From positions 64,333 through 128,332 of the forward strand of contig LNEE01000062.1 in the NCBI GenBank assembly GCA_001464895.1: DNA of 64,000 bases, in the 5' to 3' direction. The DNA is from Betaproteobacteria bacterium Ga0077532 (GTDB taxonomy: Bacteria > Pseudomonadota > Gammaproteobacteria > Burkholderiales > Ga0077523). Under the pieces are notes generated by a model. The model saw only the letters and a list, made by a program, of their open reading frames with translations. It searched no databases and was not told where the DNA came from. Positions 18,071 to 28,441 of the stretch are shown here, piece after piece (the stretch's first letter is position 1; the number at the start of each line of letters is the position of its first letter). The position numbers and the translations under genes were made by a program.

Positions 18071-19768
18071 TCAGGTGGACCGGCGCATGGCCCCCATGGT
18101 GTCGGCATTGCGCGCGCCGCCCAGGCTCACGGGGGAGGCCAGCGCCGCCGGCGGCGCGAGCTTCATCAACTCGTAGAGGCGCGCGAGGCTGGCGCGGTAC
18201 ACGAGGTCCATCGCCTGCACGGACTCGGGCGGGTTGTAGTCACCGAACCACCAGCACCAGTCGGACCCTTCGCACACGCCGAGCTGACGCGATGCGGCCT
18301 CCTGCTCCGTCGGCGACAGACGACCGCTCGCGGTGACGAGGTCGTAGCTGCTTTTCGCTTCGCAGAGGAGATCCCACGCGAGGTTCTTGTCGCGGCTGCC
18401 GATCCACGTGGACAGGCTGCCGTACACCCAGCTGCCGGCGACGAGGTTGTCGAGCTGCCCGATGCGCGAACCACCTTCGGCGACGACCACCGCGCAAGTG
18501 GTGGTGCGGATCGTCGGATGCGATTCGAGCGAGGCGTAGAGGTCGTCGAGGAAGTAGAAGCCGTTGTAGGGGTAGTACTCCCAGGCGTTCTCGCCATCGA
18601 GGATGATGCTGACCACCGGCACTTCCGGCCCCAGGGCCTCGTCGGCAATGCGTTCGAGCGCGGCGATCATGTGCGCGGCGGCGTCGCGACCGTGCCACTT
18701 CGAGTACTCGAAGCCGATGGCATCGGACAGGCGGTCGTCGCGGAAGAAGCCCGTGACGCCGGTCTGCGCGATGTGCCACGGGCGATAGAGATACTGCTCC
18801 CGCGGCGGCAACGGCCCGGCGGTCCCCAGGCTCGCGGCGAGAATCGCTTCCCCGGACGCCGTCCAGGCGATGCCCTCGCGACCCAGCATCTCGACGAACG
18901 CGCCCGACACCGCGCCCTCGGCCGGCCAGATGCCGACGGGCGGATGTCCGAACCGCGCGGCGTGCGACTCGAGACCCCAGGCGATGTGCGTCGCGAGCCG
19001 CTGTCGCCCGCCCGGATAGCGCGCGTGCCGCGGCAAGGGGGCATCGGGTTCGCGCTCGTGGGCGGCGGCGAAGTCGAGCAGCAGGGGGCCGATGGGGTGG
19101 TAGTGCGGCGTGCTGGAGATCTCGATCTGCCCGCGCTCCGCCAGCCGGCGCCAGCGCGGGATGACGTCGCACGTCACGCGCCCGATCACGGCGAGCAGCG
19201 CGCGACGATCCTCCGCCGTGAAGTGCTCGCCCTTGGTCATCAGCTCGACGACCACCGCGTGATCGCGGCGGACGGTCTCGCCCGTCCAGGCGAGGTGGTA
19301 CCAGGCGAGCAGGTCGGACAGGTAGCGGCCGGAGAGGTAGTCGAGCCCCGCGCCGCCCTGCGCCTCGGCGAAGCGGAAGAGTTCGAGCAGACGGCGATAG
19401 GCCGGATAGGGCTCGATCATCTTCTCGTGGTTCGCGCGGAAGCAGCGGTCGAAGAGCAGTTCGCGATCGGCGGGGCTGATGGCGTCGAGGTCGTCGGCGT
19501 CGAGGAAGCGGAGCAGCGGATCGCGCAGCCGGCCGGTCTCGAACTGGTCGGCGTAGTCCTCGAGCTGGTCGAGCAGCACGGGCACCCAGTTCACGACAGC
19601 ACGCACGCGCGGATGCCGCTCGAGGTGCGCCGCCATGTCGGCGTAGTCCTTCACTGCATGCAGGTACACCCACGGCAGGCGGAACTCGCCGGTCGCGCAG
19701 TCCCGGAAATCCGGTTGGTGCATGTGCCAGAAGAGCACGAGGTCGACCGCGCGGACTGCTGCTTCCAT
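18071..19768 (-). CDS. Glycoside hydrolase family 57 protein (alpha-glucan-active)
   Basis: 565 aa with N-terminal LVLFWHMHQPDFR...WVYLHAVKDYADMAAHL, characteristic of GH57. It lies adjacent to glgC. Confidence 0.85.
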   Translation of the reverse strand: MEAAVRAVDLVLFWHMHQPDFRDCATGEFRLPWVYLHAVKDYADMAAHLERHPRVRAVVNWVPVLLDQLEDYADQFETGRLRDPLLRFLDADDLDAISPADRELLFDRCFRANHEKMIEPYPAYRRLLELFRFAEAQGGAGLDYLSGRYLSDLLAWYHLAWTGETVRRDHAVVVELMTKGEHFTAEDRRALLAVIGRVTCDVIPRWRRLAERGQIEISSTPHYHPIGPLLLDFAAAHEREPDAPLPRHARYPGGRQRLATHIAWGLESHAARFGHPPVGIWPAEGAVSGAFVEMLGREGIAWTASGEAILAASLGTAGPLPPREQYLYRPWHIAQTGVTGFFRDDRLSDAIGFEYSKWHGRDAAAHMIAALERIADEALGPEVPVVSIILDGENAWEYYPYNGFYFLDDLYASLESHPTIRTTTCAVVVAEGGSRIGQLDNLVAGSWVYGSLSTWIGSRDKNLAWDLLCEAKSSYDLVTASGRLSPTEQEAASRQLGVCEGSDWCWWFGDYNPPESVQAMDLVYRASLARLYELMKLAPPAALASPVSLGGARNADTMGAMRRST

Positions 19769-19816
19769 TTGACTGCCTCGGGGTGAACCTATTCGGGTGA
19801 AACCATTCGGGGAGAA

Positions 19817-21094
19817 CTACCGCTGATGGAACACGGGCTGGCCGAGCATGTCGGGCGTGATGAGCGTGATACCGCCTTCGGTGACGTGGAACCGCCGGGC
19901 GTCCTCGACCGGGTCGTAGCCGGCCTCCAGTCCGGCGGGCAACACGCAGTGCTTGTCGACCACGCAGCGCTTCAGCTTCACGCCGCGATTGAGCACCACC
20001 TCGGGCAGGATCACGGAGTCCTCGATCGAACCGTAGCTGTTCAGCTTCACGTTGGAGAAGAGCACGGAGCGCGCGATGCGCGAGCCGCTGACGATGCAGC
20101 CCCCGGACACCAGCGAGTCGACGGCATAACCACGCCGCCCGTCCTCGTCGAACACGAACTTGGCGGGCGGCAGCTGCTCCTGCCACGTCCAGATGGGCCA
20201 CTCGCGGTCGTAGAGGTTCAGCTCCGGATCGACGCTCGCGAGGTCGAGGTTGGCTTCCCAGAACGCATCCACCGTTCCGACGTCGCGCCAGTAGGGCACG
20301 CCATCCTCCATGCCGACGCAGCTCTCGTTGAAGCTGTGGGCGAACACCCGATAGCGCGGCACCAGGTGCGGAATGATGTCCTTGCCGAAGTCGTGCGTGG
20401 ATCCGGGGGTGTGGGTGTCGCGCTCCAGCTGTTCGTAGAGGAACCGCGTGTTGAACACGTAGATGCCCATGCTCGCGAGCGCCATGTCGGGGCGGCCGGG
20501 GACACACTGGGGCTCGTCGGGCTTCTCGACGAACTCGCGAACGCGCCATTCGTCGTCGACGCCCATGACGCCGAACGCGCGGGCGTCGGCGAGCGGGACT
20601 TCGATGCAGGCGACAGTGAGGTCGGCGCGCTTCTGCACGTGATCGGACAGCAGCCGGCCGTAGTCCATCTTGTAGATGTGATCGCCGCCGAGAATCAGCA
20701 CGTACGTCGGATCGTTGGACCGCAGGATGTCGAGGTTCTGGTAGACCGCATCGGCGGTGCCGGCGTACCAGCCGTCGTCCAGCCGCTGCGAGGCGGGGAG
20801 GACGTCGACGAACTCGTCGAAGCGGCCGTCCAGGAAACTCCAGCCGCGCTGGATGTGGCGGATCAGGCTGTGCGCCTTGTACTGCGTGGCGATGCCGATC
20901 CGGCGCACGCCCGAGTTCACGCAGTTGGAAAGCACGAAGTCGATGATCCGGAACTTGCCGCCGAAAGGGACGGCGGGCTTCGCGCGCCAGTCGGTCAGGT
21001 TGCGGAGCCGGCTGCCCTTGCCACCCGCGAGGATGAGGGCGTAGCTGTCCTTGACGAGCTTGCTGACGAAGCGGGGATCGGTCGGGCTGACCAT
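19817..21094 (-). CDS. glgC: Glucose-1-phosphate adenylyltransferase
   Basis: This is the C-terminal 425 codons of ORF 19817..22369, from the ATG at 21092-21094. Motifs: [44 protein letters not shown]. Confidence 0.93.
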   Translation of the reverse strand: MVSPTDPRFVSKLVKDSYALILAGGKGSRLRNLTDWRAKPAVPFGGKFRIIDFVLSNCVNSGVRRIGIATQYKAHSLIRHIQRGWSFLDGRFDEFVDVLPASQRLDDGWYAGTADAVYQNLDILRSNDPTYVLILGGDHIYKMDYGRLLSDHVQKRADLTVACIEVPLADARAFGVMGVDDEWRVREFVEKPDEPQCVPGRPDMALASMGIYVFNTRFLYEQLERDTHTPGSTHDFGKDIIPHLVPRYRVFAHSFNESCVGMEDGVPYWRDVGTVDAFWEANLDLASVDPELNLYDREWPIWTWQEQLPPAKFVFDEDGRRGYAVDSLVSGGCIVSGSRIARSVLFSNVKLNSYGSIEDSVILPEVVLNRGVKLKRCVVDKHCVLPAGLEAGYDPVEDARRFHVTEGGITLITPDMLGQPVFHQR

Positions 21095-21259
21095 GGTGGT
21101 TCTCTCGTCGACAGGTGGACGGTTCGGGAGATAGGGTGGGGCTCCCGGCGGACGCGTCCCTATAATACCCGCCGGATCGTTCCAAACGCGTTCTGCGCGC
21201 GCGGCCCGTCTCACCTCTTCTCTTCGGCGCCACCTGCGTGCTTCCGGCATGACTCCTCG

Positions 21260-23422
21260 ATGACCCCAGTGAACGATCACCGCTTCGATCACCTGCTCGC
21301 CGGCCGCCAGCACGACCCCCTGGAGATCCTCGGGGTCCATCGTGCCGTGCAGGGCTGGGTGGTGCGGCACATGGATCCGCACGCCGCCACCGTGAGCCTG
21401 AGCGACGGCAGCCGGTCGGTGCCGCTGACCCAGATCGCCCCCGGCCTGTGGGAGGTCACCGTGCCCGCCGAGCCGGCGCATCCGCTGCGTCTGGTGGTGG
21501 ATCACGGGGGTGCGCGGAACGAGATCACCAGCCCGTGGGTGTTTCCGCCGGCCATCGGCGACGACGATCTGTATCTCTTCAACGCCGGCCAGCTCACCCG
21601 CGGCTGGAAGGTGCTGGGTGCCGTCGCGACCCATCGCGGCGGCACGGCCGGGGTGCGCTTCGCGTGCTGGGCGCCGAACGCCGAACGCGTGAGCGTCGTG
21701 GGAGACTTCAACCGGTGGGACGGCCGCGTCCATCCGATGATCTCCCGCGGCGCGAGTGGCGTCTGGGAGCTGTTCGTGCCGGGTCTTCCCGCCGAAACGC
21801 TCTACAAGTTCGAGATCCGGCATCGCGCGAGCGGCACTGTCTTCGTCAAGTCCGACCCCTACGGCCGGGCATTCGAACTGCGCCCCGGCACCGCCGCCCG
21901 CGTCCAGACGTCGACGTTCGAATGGACCGACACCCGCTGGATGCAGACCCGCGCCGCCCACGACTGGCTGCACGCACCGCTGAACGCGTACGAGGTGCAC
22001 CTCGGCTCGTGGAAGCGCCACCCCGGCGGCGCGTTCTACACGTACGGCGAGATGGCCGAGCACCTCATCCCCTACGCCCTCGAGATGGGCTACACGCATC
22101 TCGAGCTGCTGCCGGTGTCGGAGCATCCGCTCGACGAATCGTGGGGCTATCAGACCACCGGCTACTTCGCCGTGACGAGCCGCTTCGGCACCCCCGACGA
22201 CTTCCGCGCCTTCGTCGATTCGTGCCATCGCGCCGGGCTGGGCGTGATCCTCGACTGGGTGCCCGGGCACTTCCCGCGTGACGCCTGGGCGCTCGCCCGC
22301 TTCGACGGGTCGGCACTCTACGAGCACGAGGACCCGCGGATGGGCCTCCACGAGGAGTGGGGGACCCACGTCTTCAACTACGGCCGCAGGGAGGTCTGCA
22401 GCTTCCTGCTGTCATCGGCGGCATTCTGGCTGGAGGAGTTCCATCTCGACGGCCTGCGGGTCGATGCCGTGGCGTCGATGCTCTACCTCGACTACTCGCG
22501 GCGCGCCGGCGAGTGGGTCCCGAACCGCTTCGGCGGGCGCGAGAACCTGGAAGCGATCGATTTCCTGCGCGCGCTGAACGCGATGGTCCACCGCGACTTC
22601 CCCGGTGCGCTGACCTTCGCGGAGGAGTCCACGGCGTGGCCGATGGTGTCGCGGCCGGTCTACGTGGGCGGCCTCGGGTTCTCGATGAAGTGGAACATGG
22701 GCTGGATGAACGACTCGCTCGCGTACCTCGCGCACGACCCGATCCATCGCCGCTACCACCACGACAAGCTCACCTTCGGCCAGATCTACGCGTACAGCGA
22801 GAATTTCATGCTGCCGCTGTCGCACGACGAGGTCGTGCACGGGAAGCGCTCGCTGCTCGACAAGATGCCGGGCGATGCGTGGCAGAAGTTCGCGAACCTC
22901 CGGCTGCTGCTCGCGTGGCAGGCGTGCACGCCGGGCAAGAAGCTGAACTTCATGGGCAACGAGTTCGGCCAGGGCCGCGAATGGCGCGTGGGCGGCGAAC
23001 TCGACTGGCACCTGCTCGACACGACGTGGCACGGCGGGGCCCAGGCGTGCGCGCGCGATCTCAACCGCCTCTACCGCGATGTGCCGGCGCTGCACGACCT
23101 CGACTTCGATCCCGCCGGCTTCCAGTGGATCGACTGCCACGACGCCGACCACTCGGTGGTGAGCTGGCTGCGGCGCGATCGCGAGGGGCGGTGCGTCGTG
23201 GTGCTGATGAACTTCACGCCGGTCGGCCGCCCTGGTTACCGCATCGGCGTGCCGTCGGGCGGGCACTACCGCGAAATCTTCAACAGCGACTCGCGGTTCT
23301 ACGGCGGCTCTGACCAGGGCAATGGTCATGGCGTCACGGCCGTGGCACATCCGTGGATGAACCAGCCGTGGTCGGTCGTGCTGACGCTGCCACCGCTCGC
23401 CGCAGTGATCCTGGCGCTGTAG
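21260..23422 (+). CDS. glgB: 1,4-alpha-glucan branching enzyme (GH13)
   Basis: This is part of ORF 19826..23422, from the ATG at 21260 ([25 protein letters not shown]). GH13 regions are present: [46 protein letters not shown]. Confidence 0.93.
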   Translation: MTPVNDHRFDHLLAGRQHDPLEILGVHRAVQGWVVRHMDPHAATVSLSDGSRSVPLTQIAPGLWEVTVPAEPAHPLRLVVDHGGARNEITSPWVFPPAIGDDDLYLFNAGQLTRGWKVLGAVATHRGGTAGVRFACWAPNAERVSVVGDFNRWDGRVHPMISRGASGVWELFVPGLPAETLYKFEIRHRASGTVFVKSDPYGRAFELRPGTAARVQTSTFEWTDTRWMQTRAAHDWLHAPLNAYEVHLGSWKRHPGGAFYTYGEMAEHLIPYALEMGYTHLELLPVSEHPLDESWGYQTTGYFAVTSRFGTPDDFRAFVDSCHRAGLGVILDWVPGHFPRDAWALARFDGSALYEHEDPRMGLHEEWGTHVFNYGRREVCSFLLSSAAFWLEEFHLDGLRVDAVASMLYLDYSRRAGEWVPNRFGGRENLEAIDFLRALNAMVHRDFPGALTFAEESTAWPMVSRPVYVGGLGFSMKWNMGWMNDSLAYLAHDPIHRRYHHDKLTFGQIYAYSENFMLPLSHDEVVHGKRSLLDKMPGDAWQKFANLRLLLAWQACTPGKKLNFMGNEFGQGREWRVGGELDWHLLDTTWHGGAQACARDLNRLYRDVPALHDLDFDPAGFQWIDCHDADHSVVSWLRRDREGRCVVVLMNFTPVGRPGYRIGVPSGGHYREIFNSDSRFYGGSDQGNGHGVTAVAHPWMNQPWSVVLTLPPLAAVILAL

Positions 23423-23469
23423 ACGGCACCGTGGCCAACACCCTTTCTTCCATCGCCGACGCGAGACGC

Positions 23470-24921
23470 ATGCAAGTCCTGTTCGCCACCTCCGAAGCCG
23501 CACCCCTCGTGAAGACCGGCGGGCTCGCCGACGTGAGCGGTGCCCTCCCGGCCGCGCTGCGCCGCGAGGGCGTCGACGTGCGGATCCTGCTGCCCGGGTA
23601 TCCCGCTGTGCTCCGGCACCTCGGCGGGCAGCCGGTGGTGCTGGCGGAGTTCGACGTGCCGATGCTGGGTCGGGTGGCGTTGCTCGAAGGGGCGATGCCG
23701 GACGGCGTCCCCTTGTACGTCATCGCGCGCGATGATCTCTACGCTCGCGAGGGTGGCCCCTACCAGCGCTCGGACGGTGCCGACTGGCCCGACAACGACC
23801 GGCGCTTCGGGCTGCTGTCCCGCGTGGCGGCGATGCTGTCGCAGGAATCCTCGCCGATCGCGTGGCGACCGGATGTCCTCCACTGCAACGACTGGCAGAC
23901 CGGGCTCGCCCCGCTCTTCCTCGGGCTGGGCGGCGGCCGCCATGCGCGGACGCTCTTCACGATCCACAACCTCGCCTACCAGGGCATCTTCCCCGCCGAC
24001 AGCCTGCCGAAGACGGGGCTCCCCTGGGATGTCTTCCAGATGAACGGCGTCGAGTTCTTCGGGAACATCTCGTTCCTGAAGGGCGGCCTGCAGACCGCCG
24101 ACCGCATCACCACGGTGAGTCCGAACTACGCCCGCGAGATTCAGCACGAACCGCTCGGCTTCGGCCTGCAGGGCCTGCTCTCGTGGCGGGCGAAGGATCT
24201 CACCGGCATCCTGAACGGCATCGATCTCGCCACGTGGGACCCGGGTACCGACCCGCTGATCCCCCGCCGGTACGGTGTCGACAGCCTGCTCCGCAAGGAC
24301 GCCAACCGGACTGCGCTGCGCGGAGTCATGGGTCTCCAGGAGGTCAAGGGGGTTCCGGTCGCCGGGCTGGTCACGCGCTTCGCGCATCAGAAGGGCCTCG
24401 ACCTGCTGCTCGCCTGCGTCGAGCAGGCCCTGACCCTGCCGATGCAGTTCGCGATCCTGGGTTCGGGCGATCCGACGCTGGAACACGCGTTCCGCGATCT
24501 CGCGGCGCGCTACCCGGGGCGGATCGGCGTGCGGATCGGGTTCGACGAGGGCCTTTCGCATCTCATCGAGGCCGGCGCGGATCTCTTCGTGATGCCTTCC
24601 CGCTTCGAACCCTGTGGGCTCAACCAGATGTACAGCCAGCGCTACGGCACGCCGGTCGTCGCGCACGCCACCGGCGGCTTGTCCGACAGCATCGTGGACG
24701 CGACCCCCGAGGCGGTGGCCGCCGGGGAAGGCACCGGCTTCCTGTTCCACGAACCGACGCCGCCGGCGCTGCTCGCGGCACTGGGCCGGGCAGCGGCGGC
24801 CTTCGCCGATCGGCGGGCGTGGCGACGCATCCAGCGATCCGGGATGTCTCGGGATTTCTCGTGGGACGCGGCAGCCCGCCGCTATGCCGCCCTCTACCGT
24901 GCGGTGGCGGGTACCCCCTGA
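23470..24921 (+). CDS. glgA: Glycogen synthase (ADP-glucose type, GT5)
   Basis: From the ATG at 23470: MQVLFATSEAAPLVKTGGLADVSGALPAAL. Also PSRFEPCGLNQMYSQRYGT. Confidence 0.93.
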   Translation: MQVLFATSEAAPLVKTGGLADVSGALPAALRREGVDVRILLPGYPAVLRHLGGQPVVLAEFDVPMLGRVALLEGAMPDGVPLYVIARDDLYAREGGPYQRSDGADWPDNDRRFGLLSRVAAMLSQESSPIAWRPDVLHCNDWQTGLAPLFLGLGGGRHARTLFTIHNLAYQGIFPADSLPKTGLPWDVFQMNGVEFFGNISFLKGGLQTADRITTVSPNYAREIQHEPLGFGLQGLLSWRAKDLTGILNGIDLATWDPGTDPLIPRRYGVDSLLRKDANRTALRGVMGLQEVKGVPVAGLVTRFAHQKGLDLLLACVEQALTLPMQFAILGSGDPTLEHAFRDLAARYPGRIGVRIGFDEGLSHLIEAGADLFVMPSRFEPCGLNQMYSQRYGTPVVAHATGGLSDSIVDATPEAVAAGEGTGFLFHEPTPPALLAALGRAAAAFADRRAWRRIQRSGMSRDFSWDAAARRYAALYRAVAGTP

Positions 24922-24994
24922 GGGTGGCAGAATCGCAGTCTATCCAGGAGTGTCGGCCGCTCGGCCGGGACGTCCGCACAACGGGAGGGGTGAA

Positions 24995-26320
24995 ATGATC
25001 GGTGACAAGATCGAAGTGAACATCGCGGGCGGGCTGGACATTCCCCTGCCGCGCATGATCCACGTCCGCCAGAAGTTCGAGACGCCCCGCGTCACGGACA
25101 TCGCCGGCACCGTCGCGACCCAGTTTCAGCGTGCGGAAGTGCGGGCCAAGGTGAAGCCCGGCATGACCATCGCCGTGGGTTGCGGCAGCCGCGGCATCGC
25201 CAACATCGCCGCCTGCGTGAAGCAGGTCATCGCCGAACTGAAGGCCCTGGGCGCGAAGCCCTTCATCTTCCCGGCCATGGGCAGCCACGGCGGCGCGACG
25301 GCCGAGGGCCAGCGCGAAGTGCTCGAAGGCTACGGCATCACCGAGGAGACGATGGGCTGCCCGGTGCATTCGCAGATGGACGTCGTCGAACTCGGCAAGC
25401 TGCCCTCCGGCATGCCGGTCTACATGGACAAGCTGGCCGCCGCCGCCGATGGCGTCGTGGTGGTCTGCCGCGTGAAGCCGCACACCAACTTCCGCGCCCC
25501 GATCGAATCCGGCATCGTGAAGATGCTGACCATCGGCATGGGCAAGATCGTCGGTGCGACCGAACTCCACACCGAGGGCATGGACGCCTTCGGTACCCTG
25601 CTCCCGGCGGCCGCCCGCCTCATCATCGAGAAGAAGAACATCCTGATGGGTGTGGCGATGGTCGAGAACGCCGCCGACGAGACGGCCCTCATCGAGGCCG
25701 TGCCCACCGAGCAGATCTTCACCCGCGAGCCCGAACTGCAGGCGAAGGCCAAGGCGATGATGGCGCGGCTGCAGTTCGACGAGATCGACGTGCTGGTCGT
25801 CGAGCGCATCGGCAAGAACATCTCCGGTTCGGGCATGGACCCGAACATCACGGGTCGCAACTGCCGCCACACCGAGTGGAATATGAAGCCGTTCGTGAAG
25901 AAGATCGCCGTGCTGGGCCTCACGCCCGAGACGCACGGCAACGCGACGGGTATCGGCGGTGCGGACGTCATCACGATGCGGCTCTACAAGGACCTCGACA
26001 TCGCCAAGACGTACGCGAACGTGATCACGTCCACGTACCTCGACGGCGCCGCGATCCCGATCATCATGAACACCGACGAGGACGCCATCCGCCTCGCCGT
26101 CAAAACCGTGGTGCGCGTGAAGCCGCAGGACACGAAGATCGTCCGCATCGCGAACACCCTGGAAGTGCTCGACATCCACGTGTCCGAAGGGATGCTGCCG
26201 TACATCAAGGCGAACCCCTCCATGTTCGAGATCGTCGGTGAGCCCGCCCCCTTCAAGTTCGATGCGAAGGGCACGATCTACCCGATGCTCGGCCAACACC
26301 ACGACCACGCGCACGCGTAG
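24995..26320 (+). CDS. LarA-family (Lar_N/DUF2088) nickel-pincer-dependent 2-hydroxyacid racemase/epimerase homologue, substrate unknown
   Basis: From the ATG at 24995 behind GGGAGGGG, 441 aa. Its architecture parallels L. plantarum LarA as I recall it: AMGSHGG vs ATGFHRP, VKPHTNF vs ESHFFAGF, SGIVKML vs GGRKSVL, ATELH vs MANH. It is immediately followed by larC, larE and larB. Confidence 0.75.
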   Translation: MIGDKIEVNIAGGLDIPLPRMIHVRQKFETPRVTDIAGTVATQFQRAEVRAKVKPGMTIAVGCGSRGIANIAACVKQVIAELKALGAKPFIFPAMGSHGGATAEGQREVLEGYGITEETMGCPVHSQMDVVELGKLPSGMPVYMDKLAAAADGVVVVCRVKPHTNFRAPIESGIVKMLTIGMGKIVGATELHTEGMDAFGTLLPAAARLIIEKKNILMGVAMVENAADETALIEAVPTEQIFTREPELQAKAKAMMARLQFDEIDVLVVERIGKNISGSGMDPNITGRNCRHTEWNMKPFVKKIAVLGLTPETHGNATGIGGADVITMRLYKDLDIAKTYANVITSTYLDGAAIPIIMNTDEDAIRLAVKTVVRVKPQDTKIVRIANTLEVLDIHVSEGMLPYIKANPSMFEIVGEPAPFKFDAKGTIYPMLGQHHDHAHA

Positions 26321-26344
26321 GTTGCAAGGCAGGTCGCGGAGCAC

Positions 26345-27592
26345 ATGCGGATCCACCTCGATGCCGTCGGCGGTGTCGCCGGCGATATGTTCATCGCGGC
26401 GGTCACGGATGCGTTCCCGCACCTGCGTGAGGGCATGCTGGCGGCCGTGCGCGCCGCCGGCGTCCCCGACCGCATCGACTGCCGGATCGAACCCCATCGC
26501 GACCACGCGCTGACCGGCAGCCGCTTCATCGTCAACATCCCGGTGGATCCTGCGCCCCACGGCATCCGTCGGCAGCATCAACCCGAACACACCCATCGCA
26601 ACTTCGCCGAACTTCGGGCGCACCTGCTCGCTTCGGCGCTGTCGTCCGCGGTCAAGACGCACGTGGTCGGCATCTTCACGGTGCTCGCCACCGCCGAGGG
26701 CAAGGTCCACGGCGTGGCGCCCGACGACGTGTCGTTCCACGAGCTGGGCGAGTGGGACTCCATTGCGGACATCGTCGGTGCCGCCTTTCTGATCGACGCA
26801 CTCGGCGCCGACGGCTGGACGGTCGGGACGCTCCCCCTGGGCGCCGGATTCGTGCAGACAGCCCACGGCCGGCTGCCGGTGCCGGTGCCCGCCACCGCGG
26901 AGATCCTCCAGGGGTACGCCTTCGTCGACGACGGTCTGCTCGGCGAACGCATCACGCCCACCGGTGCGGCGATCCTCCGGCACCTCGGCGCGCGCCAGTC
27001 CACCGGCGACCGCCAGCCGCGGGTGCTGCGCCAGATCGGCTACGGCTTCGGCACCCGCGTCTTCCCGAATCTCTCGAACGTGCTTCGCGTCTGCGCGTTC
27101 GAACCCGCCGAACTGGGTGACGACGGCGACGACGGTGAAGGTGGCGAGGTCGCCGTTCTCTCGTTCGAGGTGGACGACCAGACCCCGGAAGACCTCGCGA
27201 TCGGCCTCGACCGGATCCGCGCCTTCCCAGGCGTGCTCGACGTGCTGCAGACCCCGGCCTTCGGCAAGAAGGGGCGACTCACCGCCCACATCCAGGTGCT
27301 CGCGGAACCGGGGGCGACGGAAGGCGTGATCGACGCGTGCTTCCTCGAAACGACGACCATCGGGCTGCGTCACGGCCTGGTGCGACGCCGTCGGCTGCCG
27401 CGCGATCTGCGCGTGGTGCAGGTCGGCAACCACGCGGTCCGGGTGAAGGTCGCCCAGCGACCCGACACGCGCACCGCCAAGGCCGAGGCCGACGACATGC
27501 AACCCCTTGCCGGCAGCGACACCCGCAGCCGGCTGCGGCGCGCGGCGGAAGACGCCGGCCTCGCGAACCAGGACGAGGAACCCTCCGCTTGA
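26345..27592 (+). CDS. larC: Nickel-pincer cofactor biosynthesis protein LarC (nickel insertase/CTPase), single unsplit ORF
   Basis: 415 aa beginning MRIHLDAVGGVAGDMFIAAV. A His-rich stretch (HRDHALTG...PAPHGIRRQHQPEHTHRNFAEL) is present and the C-terminal domain is intact. Confidence 0.88.
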   Translation: MRIHLDAVGGVAGDMFIAAVTDAFPHLREGMLAAVRAAGVPDRIDCRIEPHRDHALTGSRFIVNIPVDPAPHGIRRQHQPEHTHRNFAELRAHLLASALSSAVKTHVVGIFTVLATAEGKVHGVAPDDVSFHELGEWDSIADIVGAAFLIDALGADGWTVGTLPLGAGFVQTAHGRLPVPVPATAEILQGYAFVDDGLLGERITPTGAAILRHLGARQSTGDRQPRVLRQIGYGFGTRVFPNLSNVLRVCAFEPAELGDDGDDGEGGEVAVLSFEVDDQTPEDLAIGLDRIRAFPGVLDVLQTPAFGKKGRLTAHIQVLAEPGATEGVIDACFLETTTIGLRHGLVRRRRLPRDLRVVQVGNHAVRVKVAQRPDTRTAKAEADDMQPLAGSDTRSRLRRAAEDAGLANQDEEPSA

Positions 27593-28425
27593 ACGCCGTT
27601 GCCGCCCCCCTCGAACGCCTCGAGACCGTTCTCTCCACGCTGCCTGCCATCGCCTGCGCGGTGAGTGGCGGCGTCGACAGCCTCACGCTCGCCACCTTCG
27701 CGCACCGGCGCTTTGCCGGCCGGGTCACGATGTTCCACGCCGTCTCGCCAGCGGTGCCCGACGAAGCCACGCGGCGCACGCAGGCACTGGCGGAGACCGA
27801 GGGCTGGTCGCTCACGCTCATCGACGCCGGCGAGTTCGCCGTGGCCCAGTACCGCGCGAACCCGGTGAATCGTTGCTACTTCTGCAAGACGAGCCTGTAC
27901 GGCGCGATCCGTCCGGCCACCACGGCGCAGATCGTCTCGGGCACCAACCTCGACGACCTCGGTGAGTATCGTCCCGGGCTCGACGCCGCGGCGGAGCATT
28001 CGGTGCGACATCCGTTCGTCGAGGCCGCGATCGACAAGACCACGGTCCGCGCGCTGGCCCGCGAGCTGGGTCTGGGCGACATCGCCGAGCTGCCATCCGC
28101 GCCTTGCCTGTCGAGCCGCATCGAGACGGGCATCGGGATCGACCCAGAGATGCTCGCGGCCGTGCACGCATCCGAGCTGCTCGTGAAAGACCGGCTGAAT
28201 CCATCGACCGTACGTTGCCGGGTGCGGGCCACCGGCGCCGTGATCGAACTGGACTCCGGGAGCCTCGCCGCGCTCGACGATGCCCGACGGTCGGCACTTT
28301 CGGACGAGATCGGCGGACTCTTCTCCGCCCGCGGCTTCGCGCTCGCGGTCGACTTCGCGCCGTATCGCACCGGCAGCGCCTTCCTGATCCACCAGCTCCG
28401 CACGCCCGCGTCGCGGCCGGCCTGA
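27589..28425 (+). CDS. larE: ATP-dependent sacrificial sulfur transferase LarE
   Basis: A TTG start at 27589 overlaps the larC stop (TTGA). It has the PP-loop CAVSGGVDSLTLA and LPSAPCLSSRIE containing the conserved sulfur-donor Cys context. About 278 aa. Confidence 0.85.
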   Translation: MNAVAAPLERLETVLSTLPAIACAVSGGVDSLTLATFAHRRFAGRVTMFHAVSPAVPDEATRRTQALAETEGWSLTLIDAGEFAVAQYRANPVNRCYFCKTSLYGAIRPATTAQIVSGTNLDDLGEYRPGLDAAAEHSVRHPFVEAAIDKTTVRALARELGLGDIAELPSAPCLSSRIETGIGIDPEMLAAVHASELLVKDRLNPSTVRCRVRATGAVIELDSGSLAALDDARRSALSDEIGGLFSARGFALAVDFAPYRTGSAFLIHQLRTPASRPA

Positions 28426-28441
28426 CGAGAAGTTTGCACCG

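Noticed and set aside
18240-21233. A 997-aa ORF on the minus strand. Similar giants occur at 24620..27502 (-), 45874..48372 (+), 48140..50608 (+), 51539..53710 (+), 56078..58234 (+), 13330..15465 (+), 11381..13333 (+), 15867..17825 (-) and 40496..42388 (-).
   Set aside because: These are shadow ORFs typical of GC-rich DNA. Their translations are monotonous R/A/G/P/H-rich strings with no recognisable domain. Each lies antisense or out of frame to a gene whose product is unmistakable (GH57/glgC, larA-like/larC, glgP, hslUV, TonB-dependent receptor, and so on).
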